Below, in pieces: positions 29,044-39,562 of a stretch of DNA of 64,000 nucleotides. The notes below the pieces were generated by a model. It saw only the letters and a list, made by a program, of their open reading frames with translations. It searched no databases and had not been told where the DNA came from. The first letter of the stretch is position 1; each line of letters starts with the position of its first letter. Origin of the DNA: Saccharolobus solfataricus P2 (GTDB lineage Archaea; Thermoproteota; Thermoprotei_A; Sulfolobales; Sulfolobaceae); NCBI RefSeq assembly GCF_000007005.1, contig NC_002754.1. One strand, 5' to 3'. The translations under genes and the position numbers were made by a program.

Positions 29044-30101
29044 TACTTTGTTGATTTGTTCAATTTGTCTCATTAAAACGATATTGTATAACACTAATTT
29101 TTCAGTAATTAATATTTATTTCAACGTTCCTCTCAAGCTTACACCCTAATGCCCGGAGCCCTACCGACTACAGAATTCGCCAAGTGAACCATCCACGCGT
29201 AAGCCCAGAACTTGAGCTTAGCCTCAACTACTTGTCCAGCAAAACTTGTTGCCCTAACCGATTCCCCAAAAGTACGCTTCACCGCAGAGAACAAGGACTC
29301 GACCCTCCACCTAACGCCATAACCCTTCTCCTCCCTCCAACGATCATAACCCAACTTCCTAAACTCCCGCACAGCCTTACGTCTAGCAAGATGGCCCCTT
29401 TTAGTAGAAGCGTTCTTCTTGGGAGGAACTACAACCTCAACTCCGGTCTTGTAAACCTCATTGGCGTCATATGTCTTATCTCCATAAAACTTCTTGACCT
29501 TCTTTCCCTTATCTTGAAGATCCTTAACTGTTTTTACAGCGCTTTCAACCTCGTTGCTAGTGACCTCAGCGTTTATCACGTTGAATTCGTTATTGTCCAT
29601 TACTATCTCGATCTTGAGGAATTTTGAATCCCTAGTCTTACCCCACTTGGCAACAATGTATTGTCCTCCCGTGTTTGTGCTAATGCCTGTAGCGTCTGCA
29701 ATTACTTCAAGTTCGTCACTTGCCTCGGGGAAGGTTATTTTCATGTTCCTCACTCTCTTCCATATTGTTGAGTAATCGAGGCTTGTGGGGATGATCTTCA
29801 ATTGTTCTAAGGCTCTTAATACTCCTTCTATTGCTCTGTAAGGTAGGAAGATGTGGAGGAAGGCTAGGAATTCGTCGAACTCCTTCGGAGCTTTATACTT
29901 TGTCCTAGCGTTCCTGTTCTCCTCTGCTAATAAGTCCCACCAATGTTCGAATACGTAGAAGGGGAACATCAACTTATATCTAGTAATGACGTTCTCGTCG
30001 TACTTGCTCCAGTCCCTCTTGTACTTACTCTTTCCCATAGGTAATACTTAAACGAATAATTTATAAACTTTTTGTACAATTCTGAAGCAATCCACAAAGC
30101 A
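29044..30101 (-). mobile_element. ISC1058 (IS5 family, IS903 group)
   Basis: Exactly 1058 bp between imperfect TIRs; 9-bp target duplication CCTAAATTG (29035-29043 and 30102-30110). Confidence 0.95.
29139..30038 (-). CDS. ISC1058 transposase
   Basis: ADATG, GDKTYD, RWRVESLFSAVKRTFG. Confidence 0.92.
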   Translation of the reverse strand: MGKSKYKRDWSKYDENVITRYKLMFPFYVFEHWWDLLAEENRNARTKYKAPKEFDEFLAFLHIFLPYRAIEGVLRALEQLKIIPTSLDYSTIWKRVRNMKITFPEASDELEVIADATGISTNTGGQYIVAKWGKTRDSKFLKIEIVMDNNEFNVINAEVTSNEVESAVKTVKDLQDKGKKVKKFYGDKTYDANEVYKTGVEVVVPPKKNASTKRGHLARRKAVREFRKLGYDRWREEKGYGVRWRVESLFSAVKRTFGESVRATSFAGQVVEAKLKFWAYAWMVHLANSVVGRAPGIRV

Positions 30102-30102
30102 C

Positions 30103-31134
30103 CTAAATTGCAAGCAAGTTGTTGATTCTTTTAATCATATCAGCTTCTCTGAACGTGTAGAACGTTACTGCTTGACCTACTCTACCCATTCTACCAGTCC
30201 TTCCTACTCTGTGTATGTAAGTCTCCACATCTCTGGGAATATCGAAGTTTATTACCTTGTCAACGTCTACTATGTCGATTCCCCTTGAAGCCAAATCAGT
30301 TGCAACTAGAACATTGTATTTCCCTTTCTTAAATCCGTAAAAGTTCTTCAGTCTAACGCTTTGTGGCATATCCCCGCTTAAAAGTCCTACATTTACTCCC
30401 TTCCCCCTTAATAAGAAATACAGTTTCCTAGCCCTATCCCTAGTCCTAGCGAATACTAGAATTTTCTCACCACTAATCTCCTCAAGTAATTTCGATACCT
30501 TATCACTCCAATCATTTCTGACCTTTACGAATATCTGTTTAACCTCCTCTACTGGTTTATATTCATCTAGTACGATCTCTCTAAGATCCTTGGAGAACTC
30601 TTTGGCAAGGGTCATGATTTCATCTGGTATTGTAGCTGAGAAGAACCCTGTGATCTTGGCATTAGAATGGTTTAATATCATCCTAATATCGTCTATAAAA
30701 CCCATATCCAACATTCTATCTGCCTCATCAACTATGATGACATCGTAACCGGAGAAGTCAATCTTGCCCTTACTCCACAGATCCAAAAGTCTCCCTGGGG
30801 TACCAACTACTATCCTAGATTGTCTTTGGCCATCGTAACTCATTCCACCTATTATCAAGCTAACATCGATTTGTTTATATTTCCCTAATTTCCTTATCTC
30901 ATCTAGAATCTGCGTTGCCAATTCTCTAGTAGGTGATAAAATTAAAGCTGTACTATTTCTTTCTAGAATCGGAATAACATAAGCGGCAGTCTTACCAGAT
31001 CCGGTCTTAGCTTGAGCTATCACACTTTTACCGTTTAGCAATTCCGGAATAACAACTTCTTGAACTTTGGTAGGCTTAATGTAACCAGCTTCACTCAAAG
31101 CCTTTCTTAAATCCTCACTTAAATTTTCAAACAT
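30103..31134 (-). CDS. Core-only DEAD-box RNA helicase
   Basis: Q motif, AKTGSGKT, PTRELA, DEAD, SAT, RGID, HRVGRTGR. Confidence 0.95.
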   Translation of the reverse strand: MFENLSEDLRKALSEAGYIKPTKVQEVVIPELLNGKSVIAQAKTGSGKTAAYVIPILERNSTALILSPTRELATQILDEIRKLGKYKQIDVSLIIGGMSYDGQRQSRIVVGTPGRLLDLWSKGKIDFSGYDVIIVDEADRMLDMGFIDDIRMILNHSNAKITGFFSATIPDEIMTLAKEFSKDLREIVLDEYKPVEEVKQIFVKVRNDWSDKVSKLLEEISGEKILVFARTRDRARKLYFLLRGKGVNVGLLSGDMPQSVRLKNFYGFKKGKYNVLVATDLASRGIDIVDVDKVINFDIPRDVETYIHRVGRTGRMGRVGQAVTFYTFREADMIKRINNLLAI

Positions 31135-31196
31135 ATTGGGTTAGTGATCGTGCTGGTCTAATAAAGCTATGCTTATCTGAGCAATAAAAAATTAAC

Positions 31197-32417
31197 ATGT
31201 TTACTACTTTTGTAAGTAAGTTTAAATTTAAGTTGTCAACTACTTATATATCTACAATGGATAGCTCAAAACATTCATTAATTTACTCAGCCATAATCCT
31301 TGTACTGATGACGATCTCAGCTAGAGCTACAAATAACATGGTTACTACAACAGTTCCACTCTTAGCGAAATATAGTCTTCAGCTATCTAACTCTATGGTA
31401 GGCCTTTTATCAGCCTTATTATTTACATTCAACTTCATTGCCACAACATTTATTAATCCTGAACTTAATTCGAAGCTAAGAAAAAGGGCGTTCGTTATAT
31501 CGAATATTATAATTTTACTTTCCTTACCACTCTATTATCTGTCTAACGTAATATCAATATGGATAATCTCAATCTTCGCTGGGATTGCTTTTGGTTTAGT
31601 AATGCCTAATCTAATAACAGCAGCGAGTTTAGCAAATGATAAGAAATCAGTTGAGAGACTACTATCCCTTTACTCAACTAGCCTTAGTACCAGTTTGATC
31701 CTAGGCCCTGCAATTGAAGTCTATTTACTAACTAGATATGACTATAGGGATGTATTTCTATGGTTTATTCCGATAGCAGTTATAGGTGTTATAATTGCTT
31801 CAAGAATTAGATTCCCAGATGTTAAGAGAGAAAGTAGTGGGATGTCAGTGATTAAAAATAAGGGTTTAATGGCAGCTTCCTTATCGATTACAACCTATAA
31901 CGTGCCATTCGCTGCATTTACAACATTCTTGGCTATATTGGCTAAAGATAGATTCAACTTGCCGAGTTTTGATGCCTATTTTGTCTTTTTGCCATTCTAT
32001 ATAATGTCGTTCTTAACCAGACTCACAATGACAATAAGGCCTTTTGAAAACCTCAGAATGCCCATGTTAATTTCAATTATTATAACGATTTTAGGATTGT
32101 TTGGACTACTATACGCTCCCAACTATTCTATTTTCTTAGCAGTTATTGCACTACTGGGAATACCTCATGGTTCAATATTCCCCATGGCTACCATAATGAT
32201 AAGTAGGGCTACGAGCATTGCTGAAAGGAATGCAGTAAATTCCTATTTTTCGGCATATAACAACTTATTATTCTTAATAGTACCAGCTATAATTGGATTT
32301 GTATCAGAGATAATTGGATTAACGTTCTCCATCTCAGCATTAGTAATACCAGTTGCCATTACTGCAGTAGTTTTCTTCAAGATGTTTTGGAATGATAATA
32401 TTATGGTCAAGAGATGA
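31197..32417 (+). CDS. MFS transporter
   Basis: About 12 TM segments; the true start may be MDSSK (31257). Confidence 0.82.
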   Translation: MFTTFVSKFKFKLSTTYISTMDSSKHSLIYSAIILVLMTISARATNNMVTTTVPLLAKYSLQLSNSMVGLLSALLFTFNFIATTFINPELNSKLRKRAFVISNIIILLSLPLYYLSNVISIWIISIFAGIAFGLVMPNLITAASLANDKKSVERLLSLYSTSLSTSLILGPAIEVYLLTRYDYRDVFLWFIPIAVIGVIIASRIRFPDVKRESSGMSVIKNKGLMAASLSITTYNVPFAAFTTFLAILAKDRFNLPSFDAYFVFLPFYIMSFLTRLTMTIRPFENLRMPMLISIIITILGLFGLLYAPNYSIFLAVIALLGIPHGSIFPMATIMISRATSIAERNAVNSYFSAYNNLLFLIVPAIIGFVSEIIGLTFSISALVIPVAITAVVFFKMFWNDNIMVKR

Positions 32418-32451
32418 AAATTTAAATAACTTCAAGGCTTTCCATATCCAC

Positions 32452-32970
32452 ATGGATAAGAAAGTCTTGATTTTTATAGTATTAATAGTTATAATATCTT
32501 TTGCTTTAATAATGGTATATCCCTCAGATAGCCTTTTGCTTTCTCCACAAGAGGCCGAAACTATTTTTGGCGGGAAATGGGGAGTTTTGCTTAACGACAC
32601 AAATCTAAAGTCTGTCCACACGATAACAATATATCATGTTAATAGTGCAAATCTTACTAAACAACAGTCGCTAGAAGTCAAATCAATTGAGGAGGAAGTA
32701 CTCGTGGGAGACGTAAATAGTACCAATGTGGAATTGACAATAGTTGTCGTAAAGTTTTCTTCAAACAATAGTTGGAGTGAAATTTTAGGCAATAATACTA
32801 ATTATTATAAATACAACGGATATTATGTTACTTATTCCGCTACTTCCTTTACGTATCCTAAAACAATTATAATGGCTTATAATGGCTCAACGTTAATAGA
32901 GATAACTTTAGATGGGTACCAAGCTTCATTTACTCAAGTAAAGGAGATATTAAGCGATCTCAAAATTTAA
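32452..32970 (+). CDS. Hypothetical secreted or membrane-anchored protein
   Basis: MDKK followed by a hydrophobic helix; Asn/Tyr-rich with N-glycosylation sequons. Confidence 0.65.
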   Translation: MDKKVLIFIVLIVIISFALIMVYPSDSLLLSPQEAETIFGGKWGVLLNDTNLKSVHTITIYHVNSANLTKQQSLEVKSIEEEVLVGDVNSTNVELTIVVVKFSSNNSWSEILGNNTNYYKYNGYYVTYSATSFTYPKTIIMAYNGSTLIEITLDGYQASFTQVKEILSDLKI

Positions 32971-33092
32971 GACTTTACGTAATCCATCGCCGTCTTCTGA
33001 CGATTCCCAAAAATAATTTTTATAAAATCTCATTAGCTTCAACTCGCTGTAGCCTTATATGGGTTTATAAAGAAAAAATTAAAAAAAAAAAG

Positions 33093-34058
33093 TTAAATTC
33101 CAACGTATGGTATTGTTCTCCCAAATCCAAGTAAATTAGCTAAAATTGCCATAACTATTAACGCTATAATTATTGCAACACCGTAATAGTCAACTCTTGT
33201 AAACTTAAGTTCTACTAGGCTAGTCCTACTTGGATAAGCCCTAAATCCTCTAGTATCAGCCGAAATCGCCAAATTCTTAGCTCCCCTAAACAAGTACACC
33301 ATAGTCGGAATTATTGCCTCAAATATTGCATAAACTATTAGAAGTGAAGAAATTAATTTCGGTTTACCGTATCCTAAACCCCTCATGTACTGCATTTTTA
33401 CTGAAGTGTCTAACAGTTCAAATATTCTAGGTATCATCCTTATGCCAACTAATACCGAAAACGTAATTGCAATAGGTATCTTTATTTTGGTGAACATCCT
33501 GAAAATATCAGATCCAGTAGTCGTAGTAATTAGCAGTAATGCTGATAATAGGACTGGGGCTATTCTAAATGAAGTTTGAAGACCATAGATTAGTGCTTGT
33601 AACGTTAACTGTTGCTCATATCCCATCACTTGGAAATAAGATGGAAAAGTCCAAACTACCGTAAACTGTTTTTCATTAGGAAATGCGAGTTGTAGTGTAC
33701 TAGGAGGTGTATATGGTGCAACACTCCACGTTCCACCTAATATTGTGGAAAGGGTTAAGAAAGACACATATCCAAATTTCCTTACTCCTTCATTTAGAGT
33801 TAAATATGATAATAAGAGGATTAAGGTCAATATGGCACCTATCCACCATACTGTAGTAGCAGCTACAGTCATAACTACTATTGTGAGTATTACTTTTGTA
33901 ACGGGATTTAACTTGTACATAAACGTATTTCCAGTCTCATAACGCGTTATTTCCTTTAAACCAGTTATACCTATCAAGAAGATTACTAACAATGCTGGGA
34001 CTGCTGAGCCATAAAGCGCAATTATCCAACTTATTATTTGATCAACTAAACTGTTCAT
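33093..34058 (-). CDS. ecfT: ECF transporter transmembrane (T) component
   Basis: LNPVTK, IRMIP, QYMRG, ADTRGF. Confidence 0.88.
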   Translation of the reverse strand: MNSLVDQIISWIIALYGSAVPALLVIFLIGITGLKEITRYETGNTFMYKLNPVTKVILTIVVMTVAATTVWWIGAILTLILLLSYLTLNEGVRKFGYVSFLTLSTILGGTWSVAPYTPPSTLQLAFPNEKQFTVVWTFPSYFQVMGYEQQLTLQALIYGLQTSFRIAPVLLSALLLITTTTGSDIFRMFTKIKIPIAITFSVLVGIRMIPRIFELLDTSVKMQYMRGLGYGKPKLISSLLIVYAIFEAIIPTMVYLFRGAKNLAISADTRGFRAYPSRTSLVELKFTRVDYYGVAIIIALIVMAILANLLGFGRTIPYVGI

Positions 34059-35634
34059 TTTTTATCAACCCACCCAATTCGTATTCTAATGGAGGTTCTA
34101 TACCATGATTAAGTGATTTACTGAAAACCTCCTCTGGTTTTCCTTCTAAAACTATTTTCCCATCACTCATCACTAATAAATAATCTGTAAATCTATCAAC
34201 AAATCTCGCATCATGAGTTACAACCAGTATCGTATATCCTTTATTCCTTAATTCCAAGAGTTCTTTCCCTAAGATTTGCCTATGATACCAATCTTGTCCA
34301 CTTGTCGGTTCATCCATTAGTATAACCTTAGCTCCACCCGCTATCACTGAAGCCATTGCAACCCTTCTCCTTTGTCCCATGGAAAGGACTAAAGGATCTT
34401 CCGTTCTATAGGCATCTAATGAAAATATCCTCAAGATCTCCCCTAACCTCATCTCATCATATACGCCTCTATTCTTCATCGAGAATTTAACCTCATCCTC
34501 AACCGTCCTCTTTATAAACATAACATCGAAAAATTGTGGTAAATAAGCCAAATATTTTCCCCTTTCCACAAGTTTGGCCTTACTTAAATCTTTCCCGTTA
34601 ACTATAACCTTCTCCTCCTCTACTATTAGCCTCTTCTTATCAATTAAACCAACAATAGCCTTCAATAAGGTAGTCTTTCCGGAACCGTTCTTACCCATTA
34701 ACGCCGTTATAGTACCTTGTTTTAATGATATTTTAGTATTAATCAGATACTTTCCGCTTTTCGTCTTTACCTTTACGCTTGCAAAAAGTATTTCTCCTTT
34801 CCCCTCATTTCTCGAGGGTGGTTTATAATTATATGTTTTCCTTAAATATTCGTAATCTATTCTCCTAAAACCGCTTTTCTTTAAAAATAGCATATAATCT
34901 GGTATTTCAAGACCTAAAGAATGGAGAAGATCAGCCCTATCTATAATCTCATCTTTTTTAATATCCACTGCAATTTTTCCACTTTCTACTACAATTATTC
35001 TATCAATAAAGGGTAATACTCTCTCTATTTTATGCTCAACTAAAACTAGACTAATCCCCTCAGATCTAAAAGTCTTTACTAGCTCTAAAATTTCCCTAGT
35101 ACCTTGTGGGTCTATATTGGAAGTGGGTTCGTCCAAAATCAGTGCCTTAGGTCTCATGGCTAGGACTGAAGCTAAAACAGTCCTTTGAAGTTCTCCCCCA
35201 GATAGGGTATTAATCTCCCTATCCCTTAAGTGTGAGATCCCACAGATCTTCATTGACTCTTCAACCCTGTTTATCATCTCCTCTCTACTTACCATGTAGT
35301 TCTCTACACCGAAAGCTACCTCATCTATCACAGTGTAATTAAAGGCTTGAGTGTCTGGATCTTGTAACAGTGTACCCACATATCTCGATATTTCGGACGT
35401 TGGTGTAGTCTTAATGTCCAACCCAAAGACCCTAACTTCACCTTTCACCTCAGCGTTAATGAGGTGGGGAATTACGCCATTAATCACACTTACTAGTGTA
35501 GACTTTCCACTCCCTGATCTACCAGTTATTAAAACAGACTCCCCTTCTTCTATATCAAGCTTATCTATAACTATACTTGGTTTTGTTTTCCCCATATAGG
35601 TTACTTGGAGGTCCCTAATCTCCACGAATTTCAC
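34042..35634 (-). CDS. ECF transporter fused double ABC ATPase
   Basis: Two NBDs: GRSGSGKS / LSGGELQR / DEPT and GKNGSGKT / LSMGQRRR / DEPT. Confidence 0.93.
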   Translation of the reverse strand: MKFVEIRDLQVTYMGKTKPSIVIDKLDIEEGESVLITGRSGSGKSTLVSVINGVIPHLINAEVKGEVRVFGLDIKTTPTSEISRYVGTLLQDPDTQAFNYTVIDEVAFGVENYMVSREEMINRVEESMKICGISHLRDREINTLSGGELQRTVLASVLAMRPKALILDEPTSNIDPQGTREILELVKTFRSEGISLVLVEHKIERVLPFIDRIIVVESGKIAVDIKKDEIIDRADLLHSLGLEIPDYMLFLKKSGFRRIDYEYLRKTYNYKPPSRNEGKGEILFASVKVKTKSGKYLINTKISLKQGTITALMGKNGSGKTTLLKAIVGLIDKKRLIVEEEKVIVNGKDLSKAKLVERGKYLAYLPQFFDVMFIKRTVEDEVKFSMKNRGVYDEMRLGEILRIFSLDAYRTEDPLVLSMGQRRRVAMASVIAGGAKVILMDEPTSGQDWYHRQILGKELLELRNKGYTILVVTHDARFVDRFTDYLLVMSDGKIVLEGKPEEVFSKSLNHGIEPPLEYELGGLIKNEQFS

Positions 35635-36356
35635 TGTCCCACCGCTTTGGCTATCCTCTGCCCAGCTAATGCTCCCAAAATTCCTATTATTACGTCACCT
35701 GGTATAAAGGCTAAAAAGTCAAATTGGATAGTAGCCCAATTCACTATTGCCCCACTTATCAATGGTTTAAAGAAGCCTAGATAAAATATGGGATCTGGGA
35801 TGGCAAACAATATACCAATTATTATCCCTTCTACTATAGCTAATCCCACAGTAGTTCTAGTTGCAACCGATGATCCATCAGCACTTTTATATCCAATACC
35901 GAACAATTTACCTCTACTACCGATGATCACAAGGTCAAGAAATAGTCCATAAGTCAAGGCTTCATAAATCGTATACATCGGCTCTCCACCAAAACCATAG
36001 AAAAATAGGTCTGATAATATGTTAAAAATTAGCAAACTTAGTATTCCAGTACCGGGTTTCCTAACTAAAGCCGCTACTATTAGGAGTATGAACATCCTTC
36101 CCCAGAATCCAACTCCTATGAAAGGCGTACTAGGTAAAAATCTCCCGATAAAACTGCCTATATAGAACTCCCAAACCACGCTAAAGGCAGCTCCTACTGC
36201 GATGTAAACTAAATCAATTGTTGTAAAACTCTTTAAGCCAAACCTCTTAGCGAAGTAGAATAATATTGCAAGCCCTATGATGAAGTATATTACAACTATT
36301 TCCCATGGCAACATGCCTGGAACTGAAGTATCGAACTTTATCCCATTGAATGTCAT
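35631..36356 (-). CDS. ECF transporter S component
   Basis: First gene of the S-AA-T operon (4-bp overlap with the ATPase gene); paralog of 1627-2349. Confidence 0.8.
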   Translation of the reverse strand: MTFNGIKFDTSVPGMLPWEIVVIYFIIGLAILFYFAKRFGLKSFTTIDLVYIAVGAAFSVVWEFYIGSFIGRFLPSTPFIGVGFWGRMFILLIVAALVRKPGTGILSLLIFNILSDLFFYGFGGEPMYTIYEALTYGLFLDLVIIGSRGKLFGIGYKSADGSSVATRTTVGLAIVEGIIIGILFAIPDPIFYLGFFKPLISGAIVNWATIQFDFLAFIPGDVIIGILGALAGQRIAKAVGQ

Positions 36357-36445
36357 AATTAATTTTAGCTACAAATATTTAAAAGGATTTCCTATATTAG
36401 AATTATAAACTATATAGTTTACTTATGGTAATATCTACTTATAAT

Positions 36446-37084
36446 TTAGAGATTTTTCATGATCGTTGGTATTATCTCCCGTAAATCCCTTACTTTTTCT
36501 TTTATCTCAGGATAAAAATCGTATCTATCCAGTAACACTGCATCTAGATAACTCCTTCTAGCTCCAATGTAATCAATCTCATATATATCCCCTATATGTA
36601 ATGCAGGATATCCTCCCTTTGAAATGGCAATAGCGAAGATCTTTGGGTTGGGTTTAACAATACCAATTTCGTGGGATAAGACCAAATTATCGAAATATTT
36701 AACCAACCCTAACTCTTCCAACAACTTTTTAGTTCTAGGCGACGAATTGCTCACTAGGATTAACTTCAAATTAGCACTTCTGATGGTTTCTAAAAACTCA
36801 ATCACTTCATCATACACAAACGCTTCACCATCTCTTATATCAGAACTCATTATACTATTGATCAGTTTCTCATCTGGAGGAATACTCAAATTGTATAAGA
36901 ACTCCTTAATATCAGTTGGTTGCGCGTAGTTGTTAATAGCCATGGCTTTTACATACGCTCTGAAAACCTTTCTAATTTCAACATCATAACCATGTTCTTT
37001 AAGAATAATTTGCAATTTCTCATAAAATGCTGGTTTAAAACCCACAAGCGTGTTTCCGAAGTCTAAGAAAATTGCCCTATACAC
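36446..37084 (-). CDS. HAD-family hydrolase
   Basis: LDFGNTL, VSN, KPNP, HIGD...D. Confidence 0.9.
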   Translation of the reverse strand: MYRAIFLDFGNTLVGFKPAFYEKLQIILKEHGYDVEIRKVFRAYVKAMAINNYAQPTDIKEFLYNLSIPPDEKLINSIMSSDIRDGEAFVYDEVIEFLETIRSANLKLILVSNSSPRTKKLLEELGLVKYFDNLVLSHEIGIVKPNPKIFAIAISKGGYPALHIGDIYEIDYIGARRSYLDAVLLDRYDFYPEIKEKVRDLREIIPTIMKNL

Positions 37085-37154
37085 GTGATCTCACTAAATC
37101 TCTTAGGTTATATACTTTTGTTCTTCTTAAAGGCTAAGATTATGTACTTCATTA

Positions 37155-38232
37155 TACTTCGTCAGACTTTAAAGGGCAAGAAAACTTCACTCAGTATTGA
37201 CGTCCAAGGTTCACCGCACCTCTTCACACTATACGTAAGGTCATTTACTCTCTTGGATATGGAGCGTAGGAACCTCGTTGCATCCCACATTAAGGTCTCG
37301 AAGTCCGTGTAAATCTTCGAGTAGAGCCTTTTCTTGAGGACTGCCCACGGCCCCTCCGCCGGACTCTTATCCGGAGAGTAAGGCGGCAGATAAACAAACT
37401 CCACCCCATTTTCCTCAAGGAATTCCCTCACTTCATTACCGTGTATTCTAGCATTATCCATCACTATCACGGTCTTCTCGTCCTTTATTACCTTCCTCAA
37501 GTAGAGTATAATATCTTTTGAGTTCAGCGAGGGCTTCTTGTATGTCGAATAGGAGAAAGTTATTCCCTCTTTACTAATCGTTATCCCGCCTACTACTGCA
37601 AACCTCTTCCTCTTAGGGTTGACCTTTATCCCTCCTCCGACCTTCATCCAGCCTTTACCCTTGTTTATGTAGGACACGTACGACTCATCGAAGATGTGTA
37701 CCTTGTACCCTTCTCTTATTTTTTTAAAAAGCTTCTCCCCTTGTTCCTTCACCCACCTTTCTACAGCGTTATCGTCTCTAACGTAAGTTCTCTTTCCTTT
37801 CTTGTACTTGAAGCCTAACTTCTTGAGGACTGGGCTTAAACTCCTCGGGTTGTACTTTATCCCAAATTCCTTGTCAAGTATATACGCTATGAGCTTCAAG
37901 GTCCAGAAATCGTAGTTCAAGCCGAAATCTCTTGGGCTCTTTTCTAAGATTCGGACGAGCTTTTCCTCGTCCTTCAGTTTCGTGGGTCCCTTCCTCGGCT
38001 TAGCGCTCAGGTCACCTTTCCTCAACCACTTGTACACGGTAAAGATGGAGACGTCATACTTCTTGGCAACGTCCTTTATACTCATCCCGTTCCTCACATC
38101 TTTTACAGCGTTAATCCTCCTCTCTTCCTCTTGTTTCTTGTTGAGCCTTATACCGTGCATTCTGGATTTCGGCATAACAATTTAGTATTACTCATGAAAT
38201 ATAAATCTTGCTCTTTAAAGTCTGACGAAGTA
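37155..38232 (-). mobile_element. ISC1078 (IS630 family)
   Basis: 1078 bp between TA duplications; TIR TACTTCGTCAGACTTTAAAG. Confidence 0.93.
37162..38175 (-). CDS. IS630 transposase
   Basis: HTH, FDES, MDNARIH, LPPYSPD...E. Confidence 0.92.
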   Translation of the reverse strand: MPKSRMHGIRLNKKQEEERRINAVKDVRNGMSIKDVAKKYDVSIFTVYKWLRKGDLSAKPRKGPTKLKDEEKLVRILEKSPRDFGLNYDFWTLKLIAYILDKEFGIKYNPRSLSPVLKKLGFKYKKGKRTYVRDDNAVERWVKEQGEKLFKKIREGYKVHIFDESYVSYINKGKGWMKVGGGIKVNPKRKRFAVVGGITISKEGITFSYSTYKKPSLNSKDIILYLRKVIKDEKTVIVMDNARIHGNEVREFLEENGVEFVYLPPYSPDKSPAEGPWAVLKKRLYSKIYTDFETLMWDATRFLRSISKRVNDLTYSVKRCGEPWTSILSEVFLPFKV

Positions 38233-38367
38233 TAACAAACTAACTACAATTGTATCTTCAACTAATATATGATGAGTAATTTAGGTTAGTAATGCCCTAA
38301 CCCTTTATGAAAACTCAATAAGTTCTCAAAACAAAAAATGGGAAAAAATTTAATTAGTGGGGAATAA

Positions 38368-38940
38368 ATGCAAATAATAATGAGTGAAAACGATAGGTAC
38401 ATTAACCCTCTAATTCTCGACAATCCTTTAAGATTTCTAGTCTCATCTCCTAATAAGATAATATCGAGATTTTCGGAATATCTTAAAGAGGACTATACGA
38501 TAGTAGACTTGGGATGTGGCCCTGGGTTCTTCACAACAGTCCTTGCTAGGATGGTGAAAACGGTATATGCAATAGACCCGGATGAAAGAGCAATTAGCAA
38601 GCTAAAAGAGAAAGTTCAAAAATTATCTTTAAATAACGTTATACCTTACGTTGCGCCTGCTCAAAAGTTAGAATTTATTAGAGATAAAAGTATTGACTTT
38701 GTTTTCTCTAACTTAATGCTATGTTGTACTTCAGACCATGATGGAGCATTAAGGGAAATTAAGAGAATTCTAAAGGATAGTGGTTTAGCGTATATCAGCG
38801 TTACAAGGAGTTTTATCACGAAAGACAAAAAAGACGTTAGTGGAAAGGAATGGAAGGAAATACTTAGCCAGTTTAAAGTGGTAAAGGAAGGGAAGAGTTT
38901 ATTGGAAAGATGGGCTATAGTACAACAAAAGACCCTTTAA
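38368..38940 (+). CDS. Class I SAM-dependent methyltransferase
   Basis: [23 protein letters not shown]. Confidence 0.88.
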   Translation: MQIIMSENDRYINPLILDNPLRFLVSSPNKIISRFSEYLKEDYTIVDLGCGPGFFTTVLARMVKTVYAIDPDERAISKLKEKVQKLSLNNVIPYVAPAQKLEFIRDKSIDFVFSNLMLCCTSDHDGALREIKRILKDSGLAYISVTRSFITKDKKDVSGKEWKEILSQFKVVKEGKSLLERWAIVQQKTL

Positions 38941-39003
38941 TTAACTTAGCCTTCTCCTTACCCTAAATAGTTACTATGGGGCGGGTTAATAGGTTGTTTA
39001 CTA

Positions 39004-39321
39004 AGGGGTTTAGTATTCATAAGATTTCATGATATTAAGTCTGAGCCCTTGGGCTTCACAGAAGTGTTTACCCGTGGCGTAACTTCTGCTTACTTTTAGC
39101 CACTTCTAATTCCGCCACGGGCACCCCTCTTGAGGGCTCATACACACTCACCCTCAACTCATTGGGGCTAGTCGAGGGAAACACCACTACCCTCCCATCC
39201 GTATTTGTCGCCCCCAATACCTCGTGAGCATAGCCCGTCATCAGTATGGAGTTCATCAATTTATAATGTAGAGGAAATAATATATAAACATAATCATAAT
39301 AAAGATCATATTGTGAAATGA
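39004..39321 (-). mobile_element. ~320-bp non-autonomous element with an ISC1904-type right end and a 63-aa ORF
   Basis: End GGGGTTTAGTATTCATAAGATTTCATGATATT...AGCCCTTGGGCTTCAC resembles 23217-23279; GC-rich interior; the left boundary is approximate. Confidence 0.65.
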
Positions 39322-39562
39322 TTAAAAGTATTTAAAAGTTATGCAAATGCGTTACAGTCTAGGAGCTTTATCCCATTCATCCTTCTTCGCTCATTAGTAG
39401 ATAATCTCTATCAGCGACTATCCTATAGGTGAACCGGCACTCATTAACATTTTCAGCACTAGCCTATCGAGGTAAATAGTCCATTTGCTGATGTCTTATC
39501 ACGAGAACGTATAAGCTTTATAGTTTGTCTGAAACTGTTGGTCACAGTTTGTCGTTCTCTTA

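Noticed and set aside
29184-29627. 147-aa ORF and similar ORFs antisense to transposases (12411, 12633, 12727, 24468, 24637, 24865, 37982, 48084)
   Set aside because: Shadow frames of GC-rich IS genes with no motifs.
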